A program made the position numbers and the translations under genes. A DNA stretch of 64,000 nt from Oopsacas minuta (lineage: Eukaryota > Animalia > Porifera): positions 1 to 64,000 of the forward strand of contig JAKMXF010000309.1 in assembly GCA_024704765.1 (NCBI GenBank). The letters run 5' to 3'. The notes under the pieces are model-generated. The model was not told the DNA's origin. It ran no database searches and saw only the letters and a program-made list of their open reading frames with translations. Positions 49,501 to 59,592 of the stretch are shown here, one piece after another (position 1 is the stretch's first letter; each line of letters begins with the position of its first letter).

Positions 49501-50709
49501 CTATTTGAATTTTTTTGTATAAAATTGTTAACAATTTTTGATAATACACAAGATTTTATGAAAATAATTATCCAAATTGTTTGTATAGTCAGTTGAGGCG
49601 TAAATTTCAGGAACAAGTGGACTAGGTACTACATCTATTCTTGAATTATATTTTCAATGAATAATATTGGGGAGAAAATATCCGAAGCGCCCACCCATTA
49701 TTTTAATTATCATTGGTCTTGAGTAACCATACTGAATATGCTGAATCCGATTTTCACACCTTGGAGTTAATCATACTTAATTAAGAAATGAAACTCTTTA
49801 ATGATACTGGAAGTGAGTAGGATGGGCTATATCAACTATCAACTCATTTTTATACCCAACTCATTCAAATAATTAAATTTGGTTACTAAACTCATAGCTT
49901 ATTCAACTCATCATATTGAGAAATAAGTGGTTCTACTAACTAATTTTGAGAAATGAGCTGGTTCTATCAATTCATTTACCGTTCTTCCAACCTACTCATT
50001 CTTATATGTTAGATATCTACTGTATTATCAACTGTTTGACATTTCGTCCCATAAAAAATATTTCAAAACTGTCAGATTTCGAAAGATCGCGCGAACGGAC
50101 GTAACAATTATCCCACAGCTTTACGAATTATGATATACCTGCTAGATACGCGTAATCTGTCCAATACTCACTGACATAATTGTCAGTTGATTTGTGACGG
50201 ATGACAAGTTCTTTTTGTAACTCTAAACCTTCTTCTTGTAAGAATGTGCGAGCTAATTCCTCATGCTTGTCATACTTTTCCTTACTCAACAACGGTCTAA
50301 CTGATGTTAAATACTTCGAGATTGTATCTTCCAACTTTTGCAAAGGAAATTTTGGTAGATAATTTTGAAAATCATACAATTTTCGATTCCTTGGGCAGAG
50401 AAAAAATTTAGTCGATATTCTCCAGAGTTTGGTCTTGAAAGAGGGAGATTTGGGATTGTCAAATATCCAATCTGTATAAGATAGAATGCGCCGAATGGTG
50501 AAACGGAACATTACAATTGACATGTACCAACTGCAGAGACAAAAAGCAAAAAGTTCCAATAAATCAATGATGGTCGAAAGGTGAGTATTTTCTTCGATGA
50601 AATCAATCGACATAGGCAAGATAGAATCATTATAGAGGTAGTAGAGGAAGAAAGTTGCAAGAAATAGGATTATGAGATGGTAGAAAGACGGTTGATATAT
50701 ACTCGCCAT
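43509..50709 (-). CDS. CPT1: Carnitine O-palmitoyltransferase 1-like acyltransferase, 7 exons, 791 aa
   Basis: Exons 50709-50139, 49403-49064, 47507-47243, 46440-46048, 45532-45291, 44592-44346, 43826-43509; all GT-AG and phase-consistent (2376 nt). Two N-terminal TMs; motifs LPKFPLQKLEDT, NRWMDKS, catalytic EH, SPDAYVQLAIQLAY, TYES, GRTE, GFDRHLFAL, STSQ, GGGFGPV. Confidence 0.9.
45590..45740. repeat. Dispersed repeat, inverted copy at ~52785-52925
   Basis: Shared TTATTAGCAAGGAAAATT..ATACGATTTGCTAATAG versus its reverse complement CTATTAGCAAATCGTAT..AATTTTCCTTGCTAATA. Confidence 0.6.
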
Positions 50710-51317
50710 TTTGTCTAATGAAAAAAAGTATATGTTGGTAAATTTGTCAATAACTTATCAAGTAATTCCTCATGTATTTTTCGACAACCTGGGAGAAATG
50801 GTGCGATCAATGGAAATGGTGTGATTTAAGGCTATCAAAAAATTCAAAATATCACCTCATCACAAAGGTAAATAGATACGAGAATACAAATCTATTGTAT
50901 CATAATCATTTTTATTGAATACACATATAAATTCAAGAAATTTGAGCAATAACATTCCTAAGCTAATTATGAATTTATAATTCTAATTTTGTTATGTAAG
51001 AATATTAATTAATGAAATTGATATGTCTAATAAAACAATATTATAGTTCAATGTTACTAATCCAATCATAAGGGGATAAACTTAAATTTCCAGAAACGCT
51101 AAGTAATAGAACACGAGACAGGCCGAAAATGCCCCTAATTTCGTAAGCCGACTTGCCAACTGTCTCGTTATTGGCGGGACGTCCCGCATTTTCGGATATG
51201 CGTTGAGGCTAATACAATGTGTCCGCCAAAACTTGCCTAAAACCTCATGTTCCCGCTTTTTTGTAGACCAGTGTGATGTAAATATGCTACGTCCCGCGAT
51301 TTCCCAATATATTAGTA

Positions 51318-51624
51318 CAGTCGAACCTCCGAGATCCGGACCTCCAAGATACGGGCACCTCCCTCAACCAGGCACCCTTATTTTATATCAGTCCAAAAGA
51401 ATTTCACCATTTCATATAATTCTCCTCATACTAACGTTGACTTCAGTTACTCTATTTCATGTTGGATTACGTTTGTATACAGTAAGTAAACTTGATAACA
51501 GAATTCGAATACCTAAGGGAACTCATATGTACATTATGGGTTGTAACTACCATAGAGTTAATGATATTTCCGAGATCCAGGCACCCTCCAGTCCCACATT
51601 GCCCGGATCTCGGAGGTTCTACTG
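51318..51624. mobile_element. pogo/Tigger-like MITE, 307 bp
   Basis: TA|CAGTCGAACCTCCGAGATCCGG ... CCGGATCTCGGAGGTTCTACTG|TA. Confidence 0.85.
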
Positions 51625-53256
51625 TACTAACCTTCCATCCCATTTCTTCACTCAGGTTGGCAAGTAGGCATAGGTTGTCAATAAGAACCATTTACTGGAC
51701 GGATGTTTTATGTGTTATTATCGTTATAAATGAAGATTTACAGAAGAGCAATGTAAGAAAATATGCGCACGGTTAAAATTGAACAATATACATTAGGCTG
51801 ACTACTATTCTGTATCTACAAATAGCTATACACGTACTCAACTCAATATCCATACTATCTATAATTATAAAAATAGAAATATAATGCCATCTCCACCTCA
51901 TTTTCCAGGAAAATCTTGGATGAGGAACAACTTATTTACGTTAATTAACTGATTACGGTCGAAGTTTCACGATCGCAATGAAAAGGAACACTAAAATTTG
52001 ATCCCTCCGTTTTAACCAATTCCCGCACCAAAACGAGATTTTAGCACCCTTTGACGTCATAAAATCACATAATATTTCCGGCTGTATTCGTTAAAATAGC
52101 AAATATTTATTTTCAATTTCTATGGATCGATTGCTATAATTACCAACATCGTTTACCTACCAGCAATACTGAAAAATCTGAAATACCATTTGTTGAGATT
52201 GTCAATAATGTTTGTTAGATTGTATTGTATTATAATTAAAACCACTAAGAATGCATATTGGATAATGTTCTCGTATATTAGCAGCTTGATTGCATTTATA
52301 TGTGTTCAACACAATGGACCCAATAACACTATTGTTATCTCAGATCATTATATAACAAGTTAAAGTGACTACATTTGATAGAAATAATAACTAAAAGTAC
52401 TGAAATTGCGCTTAATGAAACAAATGTGTTTTGGAGCAAAGCATTTTCAGTTATGTACATTTATACGAATAAACATTAGAAATATTTTCAATTTTAAGCA
52501 TATTTATTTATTTCAAACTCGAAATATTCTATTATTCATTATAGTTCTTCTAGCCGTTTTAACGTTACTTAACGCAAAATCCCCTAACCTTGACCTCCCT
52601 CCCCTTGTAGCGTTAACGTTTGAACGGTCCCTAAACCCAGTGGTATTTCAGGATAATACTTAGTTTGGAAGTGTTCATGTTGCAGTAATCTTATGGAGTG
52701 TTAATTTCCTATAATGAAGTCATTCTATCTGTTCGATTTTGGCATTTAGAGAAGACAAAGTGGAAACCGCGCGCAGCGCGTACTGTCTATTAGCAAATCG
52801 TATTATGTTATAATTTTCCTTGCTAATACGCGAATTTTGCTATTAATATGCACACTAATTACCATACAAAACTGCATTCTATGTTCATGAAAAATTTTTC
52901 CTATTAGACGAATTGCGAATAGTCGGTTTCCAGTGTATTTTAATATTACGTAATAAATTTGTAGTATGTATAAATATATACTGACTAATTTTAGTTCCTA
53001 TTCTAAGGATTCTAATGTATAAACCCTACTCGAATAATATTAGAAACATACTCGACTTTTGAATGAGTGATATGATTGAACTAATAGACAGACATATTCT
53101 TTCTTGTCTCACATGCTACAACAATCGGTGAATATGTTTTCTATTTTACACAAATTATACTAGATTTTGTAGGGATATGTTTTCTTTCTGAAAATATACA
53201 ACTGCCAAATATGTATCATCATAAAAATAGAATATGTATATATAGTTATGTAAACA

Positions 53257-53652
53257 ATGAAAATCAACAAAAAGATACAATCAATAACAATGGAAGGTCT
53301 AAGTAGCGTTCTGAAAAAGAGTGTGACTATTCCTCATCTAACTTTAGATAACTTGAAAGAAAATCTTGATGCTGAAAGAGTAAAAATGACAGATTTAAGA
53401 GAACTTGAGAGAATCGCGAAAAATATTAATCCTTCAGATAAGGATAACAATAATATTTATTGCACATTATGGGAGATTCGTAGGTCTGAAACAAGTAGAA
53501 GAGCAACGCAAAAATGTAAAAATAACAAAATGGAGAGGGATATTAGAAATTTGGAAAAGAGGAAAGAAATTCTTCATAAAGAGAAAAATGACCTTGAATA
53601 TGAAATTTGGTACTATTCCTCAGCATTATCAATGGGAGGATATTATCCATAA
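53257..53652 (+). CDS. Small bZIP transcription factor (Maf/CNC-like, atypical basic region), 131 aa
   Basis: EIRRSETSRRATQKCK basic region followed by heptad leucines in NLEKRKEILHKEKNDLEYEI, preceded by a Maf/CNC-like helical segment. Confidence 0.7.
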   Translation: MKINKKIQSITMEGLSSVLKKSVTIPHLTLDNLKENLDAERVKMTDLRELERIAKNINPSDKDNNNIYCTLWEIRRSETSRRATQKCKNNKMERDIRNLEKRKEILHKEKNDLEYEIWYYSSALSMGGYYP

Positions 53653-54984
53653 TTGTTCATAACTTACACATTTATACTGTATTACATTACCTGCTCAATC
53701 AATCAATTAATGAAATGATTTCTCTCTTTGTTCATTTTAGGAAATTATGCTTTATAGCAAGAGAAGGTATTTGGACATTCTTGCTGATTTAAATCTTGGG
53801 GTACTACATTCTAATGGAATTGTTTATTGAATAGTGCTTAGGACTGAGGAAGGCATTTCATGAATTAATGAATTGGTGAATTTATCAATTAATACTATTA
53901 TAGTCTTTGCTTTTAGTTTTCGTGGTTTACAGAAACTATGAATTTATTTTAACAACGAAGATTTATAGATGTACAAATATTAACAGTCCAAATAATTCTA
54001 CATTCTTCTCTTCATGTTAATAAATACTGTTTTTACAAAGCAGCAGCAAGCAGATTTCAATTGGTCAACCTGACCTACGTTAAAGATTGGAGCCACCGAA
54101 GTTGCCGGTTGACTAATACATTTTCTTTCTCTCAGCAGTCCAAATGTTAGTCCGTTTGAAACCTAACCAACTGGACCGTATCCTACACCCTTTGTATATG
54201 TGTATGTATACAATTAGTTTAAATCATACACTAAAGGTTCGACAATTTCTGATGTCATTAACTTCACATGAATGTTTCTAAGATAATAATAAATGCACAC
54301 GCTATAGTAGGTTGGTTGATTTAAGAAAAGTTATTTTTGTGCTAGCATTGATTAGAGAATATTATTCTTCTAGGAAAATTAACTGTAATATAATACTGTC
54401 CTTTAAATAAATTACCCTCCAAAGGTCACTTATAATACAATGTTGCTTGTGTGATTTGACCTTTGGGAGTATGATATTTCTAATTCAATCACAGCATATA
54501 ACCGAATTAATTTTCTTATGTAACTTAAGTAATTTCAAGAATATTTTCTAGTTCGTGATAAGCACGTGCTTAATTTTTCTATAGAATTAACAACAATTTT
54601 CACTGAGGGAGTAATTTATCTTTACAACAGAGCGAACATTTCTTTCGTAATTATTCAAATTGATTCTAGTAAAATCACCTTTAATTTCTTATTGATATAT
54701 AATATTTATATAATTACATTATATTACCATGTATTCAGTAACCCGTGGTATTAAAATACGGAAAATTGTGATTATTCTAATTTTCCATATTTTAATACCC
54801 CAAATATACAAAATATTAAATAAACAATCAATCAAATTTAAACAAACAACTCCAACCCCCAAATCAATCAATCAATCAATCAAATATCTAAGGTATGCCG
54901 GCGCCATCACCTATTCCAACTCCGCTCCTCCATTTACCCTGGATCCTCTTAGATATATGTTGGTACCAGTAGTATTGCAAAAGA

Positions 54985-55800
54985 TAGTCTAGTACTTACC
55001 CAACCCATGATTTCACTCTACCGCTTGTTCCATCTATAAGATAATTTATCGGCCAACATTTTAGTCAACGAAACAGCCTCGCGTCTCATTAGGCCGTCAA
55101 CTTGATTTGCAAATGGCGAGAAGGAAGCACGTCTCAATTCTATAGCCTGTGAATATTTCGTCTTTTTAGCCTGCTCAGCTGAGGAGAGTACAGCATCTAC
55201 ACTACGTTCAGTATAAGACTGGGGTCAGTGTGAACGAAACGGATATCATACAATGCCTCAGTTTATGGTTGTCATATTCTCTTAACTCCCAAATCTGGAA
55301 ATATCGCAGGCATTCCTAACAAGTTTTGCTTCCCTTACTATCGGTTCTCGAACTACACATTTATAAGTCATTGAAGCAATATCACCAAGGGCATCTCTCA
55401 CTTCATTATGTCTCTGTGATACCAATCCTCCTTTTTTACAGTCAAGGGCGTGTTGTAGGTTAAAACTCGAACCACTCCATCGCAGAAAGCAGGGATTCTC
55501 AGGATATCGCAAGTATAATGTAAAGCCAGAGCATCACGAAACTCTATAGGGGGAGATCAAATGTTCACGGGAAACAGGTATTACTTTTAACCAGCTGGAA
55601 TGCTTCCCACTCGCCGCTCGCTTGATAGTATGTATCTTCTTCGGGTCGAGAGACTCCAGAGCAGACTCCAGCTTTTATTTATCTTGAATGTGTTGTTCCT
55701 TACGAAAGTATGCTCGTGCTTTGGATATTTCTTCATTATGACTTTGAAAATATTTATTTTCGATATTGCGGATCTTTTAGAACTACAATAGATGTATTCA
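54985..55800 (-). mobile_element. Non-LTR retrotransposon 3' remnant with restriction-like endonuclease (CRE-like)
   Basis: Broken frames: SWLKVIP..FDLSPIEFRDAL, HALDCKKGGLVSQRHNEVRDALGD, EPIVRE, PDLGV..LYDIR, AEQAKKTKY, RASFSPF..DG. This is a zinc knuckle plus a PD-D..K RLE pattern. Confidence 0.8.
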
Positions 55801-56198
55801 ATCAATTCCAGGCTTTACTTTTCGATCAATTTCATGCCTTCGTATGATTCATTATAATTCAGATTTGATTTTCTATTCAAATAAATTTATCATAAATAAA
55901 TTCATCTGTCTAAATCCTTCCAAAAGTTACCTGTAGAATTGATCTATTCATCTTATATATCCTCTGTACATTCAAGTGATTTCTGAAAACCATAAAAAAT
56001 TGACTTTACTCAAATTTCAATTCCTTTCAATTTATAATATAGTTTTCTCACTTTATTTGATTGGAAAATCCATATGTTTAGTAGTGAAAAGATTTCGGAA
56101 ATAATTATATTTCCTCGTAGTATGACAAATAATTACTATATAAATGTGGACAAGTTTCAGAAAATATAAATCAAAACTAAATCAGTAAAGATTCAGAA

Positions 56199-57293
56199 AT
56201 GAAATACATTACATTTTGCCTCATAATTTATGTAAATATATATGTTTCCCTTGCATCATCTAATCCGTTGATTGGGCTATCTCAATTCAACACCCCAGAC
56301 ATAGCGCAAGTACAAGAAGACAGCTTAGAAACTAGTGTGACAACAGAAGTAGCAAATTTTGGTGTTCTACCCAAACCTGATCATTCATTACATTTCTATG
56401 GACTGCCACTTGGTAGCGGAGATGGCTCTATTGTACAATGTCCCGGCGGAGACTTGATTATAATTAACCTTGGATTCATGACAGAAAACGCATGGACACC
56501 TAGTATGGTAAAAACATATTTACAATACCAATTGTTTCAAGTGACAACCATAATCGTTACTCGAGGCATGGAAAGTCATTACAACCTATTGCCATACGTA
56601 TTTGATCGCAAAGCCTACTTCCCTAATCTGAAACGTATTATTCTTGGTGGTCGACAACAAGATTATTCACAGACAAACTTCACCCACTGGATAAACCAAC
56701 ATAGACAGATTGTTGAATTTGTCAACAACCAAGAACCATGCATATCCGATTGTGTATTCGACCCACCTGTCTGTATGAACACGAATAAAATCAAGTTTAA
56801 TCTTCTTGGCGCAAATTTAGGTTCTAATGCTGCTGGACGTAGTTTGATATTGTCAATCCAAACATCTGTACCAAATTTCCGTTTAGTTTTGCCTGGCGAT
56901 TTCGAAGGTACTGATATTGAAAGATTAGTTGTACAAGAATGGCAACAAACTCAAACACCAGTAAACTGCACACATTATAAGATATCTGCCAACGGATTCT
57001 CTCCTAATTCGAATAGTATTGCATTTCTGAGTGCTTTAAAACCCAAATATGCCTTTTCAACTAACAATTATCCATCAAATGAAGGAGGCTATTTGACATG
57101 CTCAACAACACAGAATATTTTACTAATTGGATCAATCAAAAAACGCAAATATGGTGGAAATTTCGCGTGTGGCTTTAGCGAGACTGGAGAAGCCTCACAA
57201 TATCTTAACTGGGTCTATGAGATTTACACAACAGCTCCATATCCTGAGAACTACGAGATAATTCATTTGAAAGTTTCTCTGACTACAAATTGA
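56199..57293 (+). CDS. Secreted ComEC/Rec2-like metallo-beta-lactamase-fold protein with degenerate metal site, 364 aa
   Basis: Signal-peptide-like N-terminus; LHFYGLPLGSGDGSIVQCPGGDLIII matches the 'vGqGD..ii' MBL strand, and LVLPGD is retained. HxxxDH appears as TRGMESH and HHG as ANG. Intronless. Confidence 0.72.
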   Translation: MKYITFCLIIYVNIYVSLASSNPLIGLSQFNTPDIAQVQEDSLETSVTTEVANFGVLPKPDHSLHFYGLPLGSGDGSIVQCPGGDLIIINLGFMTENAWTPSMVKTYLQYQLFQVTTIIVTRGMESHYNLLPYVFDRKAYFPNLKRIILGGRQQDYSQTNFTHWINQHRQIVEFVNNQEPCISDCVFDPPVCMNTNKIKFNLLGANLGSNAAGRSLILSIQTSVPNFRLVLPGDFEGTDIERLVVQEWQQTQTPVNCTHYKISANGFSPNSNSIAFLSALKPKYAFSTNNYPSNEGGYLTCSTTQNILLIGSIKKRKYGGNFACGFSETGEASQYLNWVYEIYTTAPYPENYEIIHLKVSLTTN

Positions 57294-57726
57294 CCATTTT
57301 GATTATCGCATACAAAACCTATCACCTTAATTAGTGATGAATTTGTATATATGTCTTACATCATTTAAGATTATTCTGTACAGTGTAAAGTTGTAAAATA
57401 CAAATGATTATAAACTAGATGTAATAGTATTATCATGAATTAATTCGGGATTCTTACGAATTAGCAATTAACGTGGTTTGGCTCTGTAAACAAATAAATA
57501 TGCTGAATCTGAGTAAATAGAGATAGTCGGCACAGTAATAAACTATTTTGGCGAAATAAGCCCTTGGGACAAACTAACAGAGAGATTTTCCTTGTAGTTA
57601 ACATTGTACTGTATTACAGTAGCGGCAGAAGCTTACGAAGCAGGTGTGTGAGCACTTCTCATCTAAGCCCAAATATACATTTCAATACTTTGCAATTTAC
57701 ATAAATTTCTTGGGCTTCCCTAATTC

Positions 57727-58184
57727 ATGGAACGAAAGGATTTTTTTGAAGAAATTACAAATTTTTTGTTTGTTGCAAATGAGACCTTGAAAATGATAGA
57801 ATATTGTTTCATAACGGTTGTCAAGCATTTGTTTTTGACTTTTCACGATGGTCATAATCAATTTTCTCAATTTTGTAGAGATATATATAAATATCTAGTA
57901 ATCCCTCCCGAACAACTCTTCATCATTTTATTTGTGACAATAATATGGTCCACCTCCGGCTTAATAACTACCTCCTTCTAGTTAAGAGAAGGAGATCGAA
58001 AATTAGAAAGGGATTGTTTCTAGGCGGAATTGTTTTAACTTGTATAAATGGATACAAATACCAAAATATGAGTACTCGCAGTGCTCCCACCGCATATGGT
58101 GTATTACAATACAGTGCAACCTCGATAATCCCCTGGTTGCGGATATTTTTAATTGTCAATAGCAGCCAGGCACATATTGTATAA
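57727..58184 (+). pseudogene. Possible frameshifted membrane-protein fragment (weak CerS1/TLC N-terminal resemblance)
   Basis: IPPEQLFIILFVTIIWST|LR joins two track ORFs by a 1-nt shift and resembles PPELLLL..WTALR of CerS1. No downstream Lag1p motif is seen. Confidence 0.2.
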
Positions 58185-58539
58185 ACTCCATAAGTAACAT
58201 AACTCTCGTATCCATGAACTGTCTCGAATTGAATAAATTGAATTATATACTTGCATTTCATAAATAATTAGATGTTGTAGTAACAGTAAATACAGTTATA
58301 TGATATCGATATAGCCATCACAATTGCATTATAATTATCATTCACATGCTATCTAATTATTATGACGCTAGACACTGATTTCGAGAATTTCTTATCTATA
58401 ATCGTGTTATATGATGATTAGCTTGTCATGTGATTAAATCAAATTACCACTGCTCAAGTATACATACTTGATTATTACTACTCAAGTATATATTACTTTA
58501 CTTTCTGATATATTATTATAATTCGTAAATCACATTGAA

Positions 58540-59592
58540 ATGGCACAGTCGAAACAAGAAGTTCTGATCTTATCTGGCCTCAAATGCCATCATGAAAATG
58601 AAATTCTCAATGCTGAAGGATTATTCAATATCAAACATATTTCAGATCCTGCAACGCTGGAGAAAATGCAAGATGAAGAATACAACCAGGCGGTAGCAAT
58701 TTTGTCAGATCATTTGTTTAAATTAGATAAGAAGTTCCTTGATCGAATGCCGAGGTTAAAAGTAGTTATTCGTATGGGTGTTGGGTTTGATAACGTGGAT
58801 ATAAAGTGTGCTGGATCTATGGGGATAGCAGTACTGAATGTCCCCGATTACGGTACTGAAGAGGTAGCAGATTCTGGTGTCTGTCTAATTCTAAACCTCT
58901 ACAGGCAAACTTTTAATTTAGCCTGTCGTATGCGTGACGGACAGGTAATGGGGCAACAACAAATTTTCGAATTCGCTCCCTCTGCAAGACGCATTCGAGA
59001 TAAGAAACTGGGATTGATCGGTTTAGGTAAAATTGGCCTGTCTTTGGCTAACAAGTGCAGAGCTTTGGGATTTATCGTTCAATACTTTGATCCATATATT
59101 GACGCAAAAAGAGCTTCGGAATACAAAACGCAATTCGATCTCACACAGAGCACAAAATTACCTGAATTGTTAGGAGAAAGTGACTGTATTGTAACACTAT
59201 GTCCTCTGACAGAAGAAACAAAACATATGATAAACACAGAAAGAATCAAATTAATGAAGGACAGAGCATTCATTGTGAATGTGTCAAGAGGTGGATTGGT
59301 TGATGAGAATGCATTAGCGGTAGCATTGAAGTCAGGAAAGATAGCTGGAGCTGCGTTAGACGTGCACGAGTGTGAACCTTTTGTATTCGCAAACAGTCCA
59401 TTGAAAGAGTGCGATAATATTATATGTACGCCGCACAGTGCTTTCTATAGCCAAGAGAGTGTATACGAATTGGCAACGAAAGGTTGTATTCAAATTTCAC
59501 TTGGGTTGAAAGGAAATACAATTGATAAACTGCAGAATTGTGTTAACTCCAAATACCTTTGTTCAGAAGAAGTCAACAAGAGATGGAAATGA
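58540..59592 (+). CDS. CTBP: C-terminal-binding protein (D-2-hydroxyacid dehydrogenase family), intronless, 350 aa
   Basis: IRMGVGFDNVDIK, NVPDYGTEEVADS, ARRIRD, GLGKIG, NVSRGGLVDE, LDVHECEPF, CTPHSAFYS and LQNCVN match CtBP more closely than other D2-HDHs. Confidence 0.85.
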   Translation: MAQSKQEVLILSGLKCHHENEILNAEGLFNIKHISDPATLEKMQDEEYNQAVAILSDHLFKLDKKFLDRMPRLKVVIRMGVGFDNVDIKCAGSMGIAVLNVPDYGTEEVADSGVCLILNLYRQTFNLACRMRDGQVMGQQQIFEFAPSARRIRDKKLGLIGLGKIGLSLANKCRALGFIVQYFDPYIDAKRASEYKTQFDLTQSTKLPELLGESDCIVTLCPLTEETKHMINTERIKLMKDRAFIVNVSRGGLVDENALAVALKSGKIAGAALDVHECEPFVFANSPLKECDNIICTPHSAFYSQESVYELATKGCIQISLGLKGNTIDKLQNCVNSKYLCSEEVNKRWK

